From a virus (lineage: Duplodnaviria; Caudoviricetes), in IMG/VR virus record IMGVR_UViG_3300019360_000285, positions 1 through 56,522 of that record: a stretch of 56,522 bases of DNA; one strand, given 5' to 3'. The first letter of the stretch is position 1; every line of letters begins with the position of its first letter. Under the pieces are notes generated by a model that saw only the letters and a list, made by a program, of their open reading frames with translations, had not been told where the DNA came from and did not search any database. This document shows, one piece after another, positions 1 through 9,636 of this stretch. The position numbers and the translations under genes were made by a program.

Positions 1-1074
1 TCATGTTCCGTTCCCGTTCGAGCGCCTGCCACGCTTCGTTCCAGCGAGCTTGCTGAAGACACGCTTCGCAGCACGCGCACGCGACGCCTCGATGGTGTAG
101 GGACGCACGCTGGCCGTGTTCGCTTGGCCGAGCGCGGCTGCGATGTCGTTGTCGCTGAAACCGAGATCGGCGGCCCGCTTCGCGAGCGACGTCCGCAGTC
201 CATGAAAGGTTAGGCCGGGTCTGATCTTTTTCTCCTCGACCAGGTCCCCCTTCAGCCGCTGGAACAGGCTATCGAGTCCGTCTCGGGTATAGGGTGCGCC
301 ATCCTGTCGGCGCACGATTGTCCTGCCCTTCGCGGTGTCACGTTCCTCGAGAATGTCGGTCAGCCGCTTGTCCTCAAAGATGGTTGTCTCGATACCGTTC
401 TTGCTTTGCTCGTGTCGGATGGCGTCGGCCGCGCGCGCGTCGTTGGCAATTTCAACGACGTCCTTCTTGCGCAGCCCGCCGAAGTAGGCCAGGGCGATCG
501 CCTTGCGCAACCCTCCTGTGGCTTTCTTGAGCGCGGCGTCGGCTTCGGCCCAGGTCCATGCCGGGTTGGCCTTGCCCTTCTTACGAGACCGGCGGATCTT
601 CGGCACGCCCTGGGCGGGATTGCTGGCACCATATCCACGCGGAACGCCCCAGCCCAGGACAACCGACAGCACCGACACGGTGTGGTTCGCGAGCCAACGG
701 CCGCGCTTGGCGAAGATCTTGTCCCGCGTCGCGAGGATGAACGGCTGGTCGATGTCCACGATAGCCATATCGTCGAGCGATTTCAGCGCGTCGAACGATC
801 GATTGTATGCCTTCTGCGAGTCCGGCGAGAGCGTGAGAAACTCGGGGCTGCGCTTGTAGGCCGTGCGCAAAGCGCCAAGGCTGCCGTCCTTCAGTGGCGG
901 TGCTACGGGCGCCTTGGCCGCTGCCAGGTCGTCGAGTCGCTTCTTCGTTGCCGCGAAGCCCGCGGGGTCGACCGTCGGATCTATGGTGATCGGCTCGCCT
1001 GTGGCGCGATGGTAGAAGTAGGTGCGGCCCTTAACTGTGGTCCGCTTGATCCCGGACAATTTCACCCAGGTCAC
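1..1074 (-). CDS. Tyrosine recombinase / phage integrase
   Basis: Catalytic motifs GLRKKD (R), FHGLR (HxxR) and RPY (Y); N-terminal arm-binding-like KGRTYFYHR segment. Confidence 0.93.
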   Translation of the reverse strand: MTWVKLSGIKRTTVKGRTYFYHRATGEPITIDPTVDPAGFAATKKRLDDLAAAKAPVAPPLKDGSLGALRTAYKRSPEFLTLSPDSQKAYNRSFDALKSLDDMAIVDIDQPFILATRDKIFAKRGRWLANHTVSVLSVVLGWGVPRGYGASNPAQGVPKIRRSRKKGKANPAWTWAEADAALKKATGGLRKAIALAYFGGLRKKDVVEIANDARAADAIRHEQSKNGIETTIFEDKRLTDILEERDTAKGRTIVRRQDGAPYTRDGLDSLFQRLKGDLVEEKKIRPGLTFHGLRTSLAKRAADLGFSDNDIAAALGQANTASVRPYTIEASRARAAKRVFSKLAGTKRGRRSNGNGT

Positions 1075-1312
1075 GGTCTAGCGCCTCCAGCCAGCGTTCT
1101 CGAGACGAAGGCTGACGGCGCCCCGTCTTCTCGTCAACCCACCGATCCAGGTCGGCACGGTCGTAGAAGGTGCGTTGCCCGATGCGCACCGTTCCTACGA
1201 AGGGCGCCACGTCGCGCGCGAACGCCTCCCGGCCGATGCCGCCGACATAGGCGCGCGCGGCCGCCGGCTTCATCAGCCGCGAGGATGCGAGCAGGTCCGC
1301 GCGCGCTGCCAT
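1031..1312 (-). CDS. Putative excisionase (winged-HTH, 93 aa)
   Basis: AARAYVG...RIGQRTFYDRADLDRW Xis-like pattern; overlaps the integrase start. Confidence 0.7.
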   Translation of the reverse strand: MAARADLLASSRLMKPAAARAYVGGIGREAFARDVAPFVGTVRIGQRTFYDRADLDRWVDEKTGRRQPSSRERWLEALDRDLGEIVRDQADHS

Positions 1313-1314
1313 GG

Positions 1315-1563
1315 TCAGGCGTCCCCTTCGCGCCGCGCCGGCAGTTTCATGAGCTGGTCGAGCTGTTTGGCCTCGTGCGCGTCGGCAAGGGCACGCAGTC
1401 CGTCGGCCGAGATTCGCAATGCTTTGCTTGATTTCCTGACCGGCTCCATGAGGCCGCGCTGCGCCAGCGACCGCGCCACTCTGTCGGGCGCCAGCAGGAT
1501 CCGGGCAGGCGTGCCAGCGAATAGCAGTAGCTCGAGCTGGCGTTTGCCGAGCGGCCGGGTCAT
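1315..1563 (-). CDS. Hypothetical protein, possible winged helix
   Basis: Coupled ORF in the early operon; SLAQRGLM...LRISADG wHTH-like pattern. Confidence 0.55.
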   Translation of the reverse strand: MTRPLGKRQLELLLFAGTPARILLAPDRVARSLAQRGLMEPVRKSSKALRISADGLRALADAHEAKQLDQLMKLPARREGDA

Positions 1564-2036
1564 GCCAAACCCTTCGGCCACGTCCAGAAGCCCTGCAGGC
1601 CCTTGCAGGGCACCGGCGGCTCGAACGGTTGGATGTCAGTGAGCGGCCAGCCCCACACGTGCTCGTCGATGCGGTCGCTGTCCGACCGCCCGGTGTAGAT
1701 CTCTGTTGCGCGTCGCGGCTCGCCAATGACAGCAGTGCCGAGCCCGTGCGCGAGGGGAAGATCGCAGGCAGGTGTGCCAAGGCTGCCGACTCTCTTGCGC
1801 CAGACACGCTCGACCAGCTCGCGCGCTTTGGCGACCACCAAACCCATATCCTCGCCGGCGTCGAGACGGTTCAGCAACTCGACGATCTCGCTGTCGCGCA
1901 TCCTCCTGGCGCCGGCGTGGATCACGATGCGCTGGCCGACGATCCATCGAGGTGCCGCCCAGCGGCGGAACTCATAGGGCTTGGCGCCCGCCATGATCAG
2001 CGAGGCCCACGGCTGCCAGACGGTGAGGGCCTTCAT
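1560..2036 (-). CDS. ASCH-domain protein
   Basis: MKALTVWQPWASLIMAGAKPYEFR and C-terminal PVPCKGLQGFW are ASCH signatures. Confidence 0.88.
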   Translation of the reverse strand: MKALTVWQPWASLIMAGAKPYEFRRWAAPRWIVGQRIVIHAGARRMRDSEIVELLNRLDAGEDMGLVVAKARELVERVWRKRVGSLGTPACDLPLAHGLGTAVIGEPRRATEIYTGRSDSDRIDEHVWGWPLTDIQPFEPPVPCKGLQGFWTWPKGLA

Positions 2037-2080
2037 TGGAGTAGCTCTGCGATCCACTCTAGTTGTGCTAACTTGCACGT

Positions 2081-2680
2081 ATGACCGCACACCCGCTCAT
2101 CACCGCGCGAGTGAACGTGCTGCTGGGATTCGCAGGCTGCACTGACATGTATCGAAAGCTCAGGTGGGAAATTGATACCCTTCGGCAGGCGATTCCTGGC
2201 GGTTTGCCGGAGGTCCGCTATCACGCTCTGAACTGCGCAATCACAGCCTGGCATATGTCGGATTGGGTGTGGCGAGACATGTCGCAGCCACAAAGAGATG
2301 CACTGAGCGACGAAGCGGGTAGAAAACTTGGGGACGTGGGTAGCTTTCAAAATTTTCTCACGTCGACCGACCGAACCTTTCATCTCTGCCGGCAGGTTGC
2401 GACGACTGGCAAGCATATGGAGATGGATTACAAGACAGACCCGACCGTCAAAGCGGATGTCAGTTTGACGTATTCGGTGTCGCGCCGACAGCCTGGCGCG
2501 GTAGTGCTGGGCCCATTGCGTCCTGTGATTTGGGACGGGACGACCAAACTGCAGGGCATCGAGGTGTTTAAAGCAGCGGCTCGATATTGGCGGGCGTTGC
2601 TCGAAAAGCATGGACTTATCGAAAGCGAGTTCGTTGGGCGAGGTGTGGCGGATGACCTTGCATCCGGTGGGGAGGACTAG
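2081..2680 (+). CDS. Counter-oriented accessory gene, HEPN-like protein
   Basis: 199 aa on the opposite strand within the early operon, visibly lower GC; NCAITAWHMSDW and CRQVATTGKH resemble HEPN helices and the R-x-H motif. Confidence 0.6.
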   Translation: MTAHPLITARVNVLLGFAGCTDMYRKLRWEIDTLRQAIPGGLPEVRYHALNCAITAWHMSDWVWRDMSQPQRDALSDEAGRKLGDVGSFQNFLTSTDRTFHLCRQVATTGKHMEMDYKTDPTVKADVSLTYSVSRRQPGAVVLGPLRPVIWDGTTKLQGIEVFKAAARYWRALLEKHGLIESEFVGRGVADDLASGGED

Positions 2681-2682
2681 CT

Positions 2683-3999
2683 TCACCGCTCCACCTCTGG
2701 CATCTCGCGCACCCGCAGATCCTCGGGCCACTCGGCCATGTCACCGCCCTTGCGGTCCTTGAGTCGCAGCGGCCGCAGGAAGCTGCGGGCGAAGGCCGCG
2801 AGATCGGCGGGGTCGGCGTCGGCCGGCTGCGCCGGCATGTCGTCGCTGCAGTCGATGACGGGATTGCTGCCGAGCTGCTTCTGGAAATAAGCGCTGCCCG
2901 CGACGCGGCACTGCTCGAGCAGGCTGCGCGACCAATTGAGGTTGTGTTCACGCGACCGAGGGCCGGCCTCCCCGCCGGCAATCACCAGATCCAGGCGCGG
3001 CGGTCGCGATTGGTAAATGCCCGCGGACACGACGTGCACATCGCCGGCATCGTCAACGACGCAGCCGATGTTGTTCCACGCAGGGATGAAGCGGCCTTCG
3101 ACCAGCGGCTCACCCTGCCGGCAGGTACGAAAGTTTCCTCGTGTACCGATCGCGGGCTGGCCGTTCTCAAGCGCTCCCCGCATCCACGCGTTCGGTCCCC
3201 GGTTCCATGCGGGATTCCAGAAGGAAACGACCTGCTGCCTGACGCTCTCGGGCACCCATCCCGGCCACTGGAAGTCGTTCCAGCTGCGGACGGCGCCACG
3301 GATCCATCCGGGAAGCCACGCCCGGAGGTCGAGCGGACCCAGCAGGGGTTCGGCCGAGACAAAGTGCAGTGCTGCTGGCGTCCGGACCAGGTGCGGGATG
3401 CGCTCGTCGGCGCGCTTTTGATCTTCGGTGCTGGTTCCTAGCCAAATGCCGGGCGGTGGGTTCTCCGGGCCATATTCATCGAGCATCGCCCGAGCATCGT
3501 CCGACCGGCGCTCAAGCGGATCGGTGTGCTCCATGACGTGCGCGCCGGCCTCGGCGTTGACCTGGTTCCAGAACGCCTCGGTGTTCAGGATCTCGCGCAT
3601 CCGGTCGGTGCGCTTCGTGAGGATCTGCAGGGTGTGCCTCCGGACATGAACGGCCGCCACCGCCACGGCGTACATCGTCGCGATGTCCTCGATCGGCAGC
3701 GCCTCGTGAAACCAGTCGCTGGTGCTGCTGGCGAAGATCCTGGCCGGTGCGCGCCAGCGCAGCGGCAGGTCGATGCGGTCCCACTGGATCTCGACCTTGC
3801 CGGTCCATCTCCCGCCGGTCTTGGTGCGCTCGGCGTAGCCATGACCCCACATGCCGGGATCGCTGAACCGCGCCGCCATTGCCTCGGCATAGCAGCCGCC
3901 GTGCGGGCCCGGGCCGCCACAGCCCGGCGACACGCGCGTGCAGCCGCGAATCGGGTTCCAGTCCGACCGATCGCACCATTCGATCTTGCTGCTGGTCAT
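2683..3999 (-). CDS. DUF5131 (phage Gp37/Gp68-like, radical-SAM-like) protein
   Basis: SKIEWCD..WNPIRGCTRVSPGC...CYAE, ILTKR, SAEPLLGP, VIAGGE and FQKQLG motifs. Confidence 0.88.
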   Translation of the reverse strand: MTSSKIEWCDRSDWNPIRGCTRVSPGCGGPGPHGGCYAEAMAARFSDPGMWGHGYAERTKTGGRWTGKVEIQWDRIDLPLRWRAPARIFASSTSDWFHEALPIEDIATMYAVAVAAVHVRRHTLQILTKRTDRMREILNTEAFWNQVNAEAGAHVMEHTDPLERRSDDARAMLDEYGPENPPPGIWLGTSTEDQKRADERIPHLVRTPAALHFVSAEPLLGPLDLRAWLPGWIRGAVRSWNDFQWPGWVPESVRQQVVSFWNPAWNRGPNAWMRGALENGQPAIGTRGNFRTCRQGEPLVEGRFIPAWNNIGCVVDDAGDVHVVSAGIYQSRPPRLDLVIAGGEAGPRSREHNLNWSRSLLEQCRVAGSAYFQKQLGSNPVIDCSDDMPAQPADADPADLAAFARSFLRPLRLKDRKGGDMAEWPEDLRVREMPEVER

Positions 4000-4439
4000 G
4001 GACCCGTCCTCAGCGAGTAGGCCATCGCGCCCATGCCGCACCTGGTGCACACCTTTTCGCCGCCATTGCCGTCGGAGAACGTGCGCCAACCCTTGAAGTC
4101 GTGGGCGCAGGCATCTGGATCAGGCGAGCTGTGGACGAAGAGGGGTGGCGTCGATTGCGCGCCCGGGTTGGCACTGCTCTTAGCGTGCGCTTCGATCCAG
4201 GCCTGGACCTCACGCGCGACGACCAAGTACTCGCGGCTGGGCCGCTGGTCCTTCTCCTGGCCGGGCCGGTAGGCGCGCCAGATGAGATCGCGGAGGTCCT
4301 TGGGCAGGCGATACCAGTGCTCGCGGCAGCCCCACATCGCCGGCGGCACCTGCTTGGTGCAGCCGGACCAATGGCAGTGATGAGTGCGCGTTTGGCGTTG
4401 GCGTACGACGTATCCGGCTTTTGGAGGGAGTCGTCTCAT
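3996..4439 (-). CDS. Hypothetical Cys/His-rich phage protein
   Basis: HCHWSGC...WGCREHW and CAHDF...CTRCG putative metal-binding motifs; ATGA coupling. Confidence 0.65.
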   Translation of the reverse strand: MRRLPPKAGYVVRQRQTRTHHCHWSGCTKQVPPAMWGCREHWYRLPKDLRDLIWRAYRPGQEKDQRPSREYLVVAREVQAWIEAHAKSSANPGAQSTPPLFVHSSPDPDACAHDFKGWRTFSDGNGGEKVCTRCGMGAMAYSLRTGP

Positions 4440-4810
4440 TGGTCGACTCCGGCTGATTTCCAGCCCACGAATGGTCGCTCGATCGAGCGATGCCACCAGC
4501 GCTGTCGGAGGCCACGGAAGCCGGCAATCGGCGCCTCGATCGTGCAGGCGACAGCATCGCCACGCCGGCAGATGCACCAGCCGTGGTGGTCAAGGCCGGG
4601 CTTGACCAGGTGAGTGACAGGCGCCCAACCGCGAAGCCGTCCCCAGGCCACGACGTAGAAGCGATCGCCCGGCTTGATCAGGGCGGCCATGCGGTTGTTC
4701 GTGTACCAGCCCCATTCCTCGCCGGTGTAGGGATCGCCGGCGGCGTCGCCCTCGGAGATCCATTCATGCCAGAAGCCCTTCGGGCAGGTTCCGACCAGGT
4801 CGACCATCAT
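4436..4810 (-). CDS. Hypothetical protein (possible PUA/ASCH-like fold)
   Basis: Coupled ORF; IKPGDRFYVV..GRLRG and GFRGLR patterns. Confidence 0.6.
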   Translation of the reverse strand: MMVDLVGTCPKGFWHEWISEGDAAGDPYTGEEWGWYTNNRMAALIKPGDRFYVVAWGRLRGWAPVTHLVKPGLDHHGWCICRRGDAVACTIEAPIAGFRGLRQRWWHRSIERPFVGWKSAGVDQ

Positions 4811-5184
4811 GGTGACTCGAAGGAACTTTCCGCGAGGAACATGCGGAGGATGTCGACGTCCGTTGCCTGATTGCGATGTTCCTGCCCCATGGCTTTCACC
4901 GTGGCATTGATCGCGCGGATCAACTCCATGACGCCCGCTAAGGCGGCCTGGCCAAAACCGACAACGGGACGATCATGGTCGTGCGCCCACTTCATCATCG
5001 CGGCAGCACAGGCGCGTGCCTCAGCTACCTTGGTGGCGTCTTCGCCATCCAGCTCGCGCAGTGTGCCCCAGAGCCACACTAGCGTCGGCGCATGCTTGTC
5101 GCGGCCGAGCAACACAAACATCGGTTCGTCAGGCTCGGCGTTCGCGTAGCAATCGAAAGCGCCGGGGTCATTTTTGGTTCCCAT
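4807..5184 (-). CDS. Conserved phage hypothetical protein
   Basis: GTKNDPGAFDCYANAEPDEPMFVLLGRD; AGGAG RBS upstream. Confidence 0.7.
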   Translation of the reverse strand: MGTKNDPGAFDCYANAEPDEPMFVLLGRDKHAPTLVWLWGTLRELDGEDATKVAEARACAAAMMKWAHDHDRPVVGFGQAALAGVMELIRAINATVKAMGQEHRNQATDVDILRMFLAESSFESP

Positions 5185-5220
5185 TGATCTAGCTCCTATG
5201 GGTGGACCGGACAGCGTCGG

Positions 5221-5676
5221 TTAGAACGGTACTTCGTCGTCGAGTGGATCGCGGCGCGCGGCGGGCGCGCCGGCGGCACGCGTCGTGCCGTAGTCGTCGG
5301 GCGAGCTGGGGAAGCCGGGACCGTTCTGCTGCTTGTCGAGCAGGACGATCGCGCCGCCGAAGCGCGGTACGACGACCTCGGTCGTGTAGCGCTCGATGTT
5401 GTCCTTATCGGTCCACTTGCGTGTCGCGAGCTGGCCCTCGAGGTAGACCTTCGAGCCCTTGCGAAGATATTTGCTGGCGATGTCCGCCAGGTGCTCGTTG
5501 AAGATCACGATGCGGTGCCACTCGGTGCGCTCCTTGCGCTCGTTTGTGGCCTTGTCGCGCCAGGTATCCGACGTCGCTATGCTCATGTTGACGATCGGCG
5601 CGCCGGCCTGACTGTGGCGCACCTCCGGATCGCGGCCGAGATGGCCTATCAGTATGACCTTGTTCACGCTAGCCAT
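5221..5676 (-). CDS. ssb: Single-stranded DNA-binding protein
   Basis: [41 protein letters not shown] and acidic DDEVPF tail. Confidence 0.97.
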   Translation of the reverse strand: MASVNKVILIGHLGRDPEVRHSQAGAPIVNMSIATSDTWRDKATNERKERTEWHRIVIFNEHLADIASKYLRKGSKVYLEGQLATRKWTDKDNIERYTTEVVVPRFGGAIVLLDKQQNGPGFPSSPDDYGTTRAAGAPAARRDPLDDEVPF

Positions 5677-6010
5677 GGTTGAGCTCTGTCCTTTGGATGG
5701 GACCGGGATCGGCGAACGCCGCCTTGAAGGTGCGCAGAATGGCGTCAACCGGATGTCCAACGCCGGGCTGGACGACGCGATCGTAAGCGTCCGCCAGCGG
5801 TGCATCCGTGCGTAGACCGAGTCGCCGATGCTCCGGCTCCTCGGCGCGTTCCATGGCGCGAACGCGTGTGACCAGGATCACGATGTTCCACCAGTCCTCA
5901 CGCTGCAGCGCAGAGCGTTCTTCGACGCTGAGTGCTTCTTCAACGTTGGCGAGTCGGTCGAGTGTGACGTCGATCCTGCGAGTCTCGAATTGCAAGGTGA
6001 GCTGGCTCAT
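5669..6010 (-). CDS. Hypothetical protein
   Basis: Coupled ORF in the early operon. Confidence 0.55.
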   Translation of the reverse strand: MSQLTLQFETRRIDVTLDRLANVEEALSVEERSALQREDWWNIVILVTRVRAMERAEEPEHRRLGLRTDAPLADAYDRVVQPGVGHPVDAILRTFKAAFADPGPIQRTELNHG

Positions 6011-6540
6011 CCGGCGCCCTCGTCGGTCTCGAACTCGGAAGCCGTGTCCTCGTGCCGCTGTAGGTGCGTGCGCAGCGTGAGGAGGGCGGAGGCCTGCTGG
6101 CGGATCGTCTCACCGCGCTGCTCGGCGAGCTCGCGGTACAGTCTCGCCTGCGCCTGCGCGTGGCAGGCCGTGTGCAGCGCGTAGCTGTAGCTGGTGAGGT
6201 CGACCGACATGCGGTGGCCCTCGTCGCGGGCAGCGCGCGCCACGACCAGGCCCTCGGCGCGCAGCAGCTCGAGCACGTGGCGGCACTGGTCGAGCCGCTC
6301 GGCCCATACCGCGTCCCAGCGCCTGTCGCCCGGCGGCGGGCCGTCGCCGTCGCACTGGCGCCACCACTCGCCGAGATCCGGCGCGACCAGGGCGATCCGC
6401 AGCAGCGCGGCCTCCGGCGCCTCGTGGGTCCGGATGTCCTCGGGAACGTAGGACAGCGTGTTGGCTGCCAGCACCGCACGATAGACCTGGATGAAGGCGA
6501 CGTCGTAGATCGCCGCCGGGTCGCGATCCGGGGCGCTCAT
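6007..6540 (-). CDS. Hypothetical protein
   Basis: ATG overlaps the ParB stop; GGAGG RBS upstream. Confidence 0.55.
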   Translation of the reverse strand: MSAPDRDPAAIYDVAFIQVYRAVLAANTLSYVPEDIRTHEAPEAALLRIALVAPDLGEWWRQCDGDGPPPGDRRWDAVWAERLDQCRHVLELLRAEGLVVARAARDEGHRMSVDLTSYSYALHTACHAQAQARLYRELAEQRGETIRQQASALLTLRTHLQRHEDTASEFETDEGAG

Positions 6541-8753
6541 GCTGCTTTCCTCCCCGGGGCCTGGCGAACGGCGTTCGCGTCGAGCGCCAGCGCCTGATCC
6601 AGCGCGTCCTTCTCGAGGATCCGCATCTCGGGCGGGACCCACTCGTCGGCCGGCGGCAACGGCTCGCCGCCGGATTGCTCGGCGGCCGCGAAGCGAGCGG
6701 CGAGCGCGTCGCGCAGCTGGGTCGTGCTCTTGGGGATCGGGTCGAGCCGAAGGGCGCGCGCCAGGGCCTCGAGACGCGGCTTGCGGCTGGCCTCGAGCCA
6801 CTCCTTGTCGGGGCGCCACAGCGTCCTCGTGTCGAGCCCGACGTGCGCGGCGAGCGCGGCGTCGAACGGATCGTGCTCGGCTTTCGGGTGATAGGCGAAG
6901 CCGAAGAACCCGGCCCGGTCGGCGACCAGGAGCGAGAAGATCTCGACCCGCTCATCCCGCGTCTTGAACCGCAGCCAGTCCCAGACCTTGAGCGTAATGC
7001 GGCGCCCCTGGAACCACGGCACCTTGATCCGTTCGGCGTGAATCGGCGTGATCGCGTCGTCGTCGCGCCGGCCATGGTGGGGATAGGTATCCTCGTCGAG
7101 CGATACCTCGTCAGGTTCATCGTCGATGTCGAACGACCGCGCACGGCCGCGGCGGCTGTTTTCCTTGGGCGTCAGGGCGGCCAGCTCGCCGAAGATAATC
7201 CGCAATCTCTCCCGCACGTGGGCGCCCTGGACCGACTCGGGGCCGGTGCGCATTTCCTCGGCGAGGCCGATGCGGCTGCGGTCGACACCAAGGAGGCCGA
7301 TGATCGCCAGGCACATGGCGGTGTCGCCCTGGTCGGCCACGCTGCGCCGCGCAATGGCGTCCTGCAGGTACTCGGTCTTGGTCTGCAGGGCGTGGGTCAG
7401 CAGGCGGTTGGTGAACGGCGGCGCCGGCGGCTTCTCGGGCTCTTTCCCTTTGCTGCCGCCGGCGCCGGCGGACCGCGTCGAGGTCCTGGTGGTACCAGCG
7501 GCCTCGCGCTTGACCAGGCCGTCGTGGATCTCGACCCGGCCGTTCCAGTCGATCTCCACCACGGCGCCGGTCTCCGACAAGTCCTTCCGCTTGACCTTGT
7601 TGTAGTCGTACTGATTGAAGCTCTGCCCGGCGCGCCGGTCGACCAGCTTGACCCAGGCGCGCTCGGCCTCGAGCGCCTTGGCCTTCGCGGCGGCAGCGGC
7701 GCGCTGCATCTTGTCGAACAGCTTCTTATCGGTGAACCAGACCGTGCCGGTGTCGTCGTCCGCGACCGTTTCCCCCGTGTAGGTCGACTTGTCGAAGATC
7801 GCGATGTCGCTCTCGATCCAGTCGTCGGTGACCTGTTCGCGTATGTCGCCGACCGACCAGGCCTCGTCCGCCGGCGTCCCCTCGATGCGGGCGAGGATCG
7901 CGGTCTGCTGCTTCTTCGGCGCCATCGTCAAGGTGCGCGCCATCTCGACGGTGATCTTGCCGTCGCTCAGCAGCCGCTGCCCCTTGGGCGCCAGGTCGCG
8001 CGCGAACTTGATGCGCTGCTGCACGTAGCGCTGGGTCCGGTGCACCGTCTCGGCGATGTGGGCCGTCGTCCAGGTCTTGGGATCCAGCTGCTGCAGCTCG
8101 TCGAAGGCCTGCGCCTCCTCCATCGGAGACAGCTCGACGCGTTGCAGGTTCTCGATCAGCGCGATCGCCCGCACGCGCGGCTCGTCGCCGGCGAGGATCC
8201 GGCACGGTATGTTGGCCGCGTCGGCATCCCAGCGTGGCAATCCCGTGGATTCGTCGCGCTGGTCCACCAGTTTCAGAAGCGCGCGCTGCCGCCGTCCGCC
8301 GGCGATGACGACGTGCCTGCCATCCTTGGCGGGCGGGGCCACGACCAAGTTCTGCAGCACACCGTCCACCGCGATGCTGTCGGCGAGCTCGCCGATCGCG
8401 TCGTCGTCGAACGCCTTGCGCGGGTTCAGTGAGTTCACCGCCAGCTGGTTCAGAGACAGCATGCGCAGCGTGCCGCGCACGTCGGTCGTGGCGTCGATCA
8501 CATCGGCCGCCGGCGCCGGCACCGCCTGCCATTTGCCCTGATAGAGCTGTTCGACCGACACGCCCATCACGCCGGCGAGCGCGATCGCGCTGTCGCCATT
8601 GAGGTTGTCCTTCTCGCCGTTGGTGATCTTGATGATCGCGGCTTTGTCGATGCCGGCGCGGCGCGCGAGCTCGTTCTTGCTGACGTCGGGGTGCGCCGCC
8701 AGCCATTCGACGACGCCGCGTTGCAACAGGCTCTTCCACTTGGTCTTGATCAC
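6537..8753 (-). CDS. XRE-HTH plus ParB/Spo0J-family protein (738 aa)
   Basis: N-terminal SKNELARRAGI HTH; NPRKAF, LADSI..DGVLQNLVV, IAGGRRQRAL and IENLQRVELSPMEEA ParB motifs. Confidence 0.88.
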   Translation of the reverse strand: MIKTKWKSLLQRGVVEWLAAHPDVSKNELARRAGIDKAAIIKITNGEKDNLNGDSAIALAGVMGVSVEQLYQGKWQAVPAPAADVIDATTDVRGTLRMLSLNQLAVNSLNPRKAFDDDAIGELADSIAVDGVLQNLVVAPPAKDGRHVVIAGGRRQRALLKLVDQRDESTGLPRWDADAANIPCRILAGDEPRVRAIALIENLQRVELSPMEEAQAFDELQQLDPKTWTTAHIAETVHRTQRYVQQRIKFARDLAPKGQRLLSDGKITVEMARTLTMAPKKQQTAILARIEGTPADEAWSVGDIREQVTDDWIESDIAIFDKSTYTGETVADDDTGTVWFTDKKLFDKMQRAAAAAKAKALEAERAWVKLVDRRAGQSFNQYDYNKVKRKDLSETGAVVEIDWNGRVEIHDGLVKREAAGTTRTSTRSAGAGGSKGKEPEKPPAPPFTNRLLTHALQTKTEYLQDAIARRSVADQGDTAMCLAIIGLLGVDRSRIGLAEEMRTGPESVQGAHVRERLRIIFGELAALTPKENSRRGRARSFDIDDEPDEVSLDEDTYPHHGRRDDDAITPIHAERIKVPWFQGRRITLKVWDWLRFKTRDERVEIFSLLVADRAGFFGFAYHPKAEHDPFDAALAAHVGLDTRTLWRPDKEWLEASRKPRLEALARALRLDPIPKSTTQLRDALAARFAAAEQSGGEPLPPADEWVPPEMRILEKDALDQALALDANAVRQAPGRKAA

Positions 8754-8765
8754 GGGTGATTCCTC

Positions 8766-9032
8766 TCAGGCTGCCGGTGGCAGGTGATCCTCGTACGCGG
8801 GACGCGGGAACGGCCGCTCGACCTCGCGGCCGGTGATGCCGAAGAAGCGGGCCGCGGCGTGGTCGCCGACGCGGTCGGGCCGCGCTGCCGCGATCACGGC
8901 CAGGGTCTGCAGCGCCATCTGCGCGTGCGCCGGTGCGGCGTTGACGCGGTACGCCAGCTGCGAGGCGATCCAGTAGCCCATCGTCGCGGCCTCGACCGGC
9001 GCACGGGCGAAGGGCTGCAGGTCGGCTCTCAT
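8766..9032 (-). CDS. Hypothetical protein
   Basis: Coupled ORF starting MRADLQPF. Confidence 0.45.
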   Translation of the reverse strand: MRADLQPFARAPVEAATMGYWIASQLAYRVNAAPAHAQMALQTLAVIAAARPDRVGDHAAARFFGITGREVERPFPRPAYEDHLPPAA

Positions 9033-9253
9033 CGGCGGGCACCTTGGCTGCGCGCGGGCTTGATGCGATCCAGTCGGTAGCAGCCGGTAATGCCGGTCAG
9101 CAGGATGACGGCGGAATGGCCCGAGAGCACCCACGCCGTGCTGCGTGTCGTCGTGGTCTCGGTCTCCCCGCTATCGAGCTTGACGATGACAGCGGCGCCG
9201 ACCGCGTGCCGCATGTTCCAGTCGTCGACCTCCTGTTGCGGAGTCTTCGTCAT
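9029..9253 (-). CDS. Small conserved phage hypothetical protein
   Basis: WNMRHAVG...TTTRSTAWVLSGHSAVI..GITGCY.L pattern; coupled. Confidence 0.65.
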   Translation of the reverse strand: MTKTPQQEVDDWNMRHAVGAAVIVKLDSGETETTTTRSTAWVLSGHSAVILLTGITGCYRLDRIKPARSQGARR

Positions 9254-9636
9254 GCGTCTTCTCCCGTGCTGTAGTGAGCGGACAGGTAGCCGCGCCGCGG
9301 CACCTGCTCCGTTTCTTCGGGGCGGCCATCGCCGCGCGTTTCCTCTCCCGCCTTGGGTGGGAGGCGGCGACGGTTCGGCAGCAGGCCAGCGAAGGCCTCG
9401 GCTTCGTCGGGGTCTTCGGCGAATTTGACCAGCGGTAGACCCGCGAGGATCGCCTTCAAGCCGTGGATGGTCTGCCGTGGGATCTCGATCTGATGGGGCC
9501 AGACGCGGCGATAGACGCCGGCCGGTTCGACGCCGCCGCCATTGGGCCGCCGGCGCAGGTGCTCGACCAGCGCCTGGCCGTTCTCGAAGCGGGCACGCAG
9601 GCGAACGGCGTTCGCCTGGACGGTGGCGTCGGTCAT
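9250..9636 (-). CDS. Hypothetical protein
   Basis: Coupled ORF with ATGA overlaps at both ends. Confidence 0.5.
   Translation of the reverse strand: MTDATVQANAVRLRARFENGQALVEHLRRRPNGGGVEPAGVYRRVWPHQIEIPRQTIHGLKAILAGLPLVKFAEDPDEAEAFAGLLPNRRRLPPKAGEETRGDGRPEETEQVPRRGYLSAHYSTGEDA

Noticed and set aside
406-1431. Long antisense and alternative-frame ORFs (also 6675..8432, 29698..30816, 32153..34726, 37666..40272)
   Set aside because: Shadow ORFs of well-supported genes, expected in high-GC DNA; no motifs
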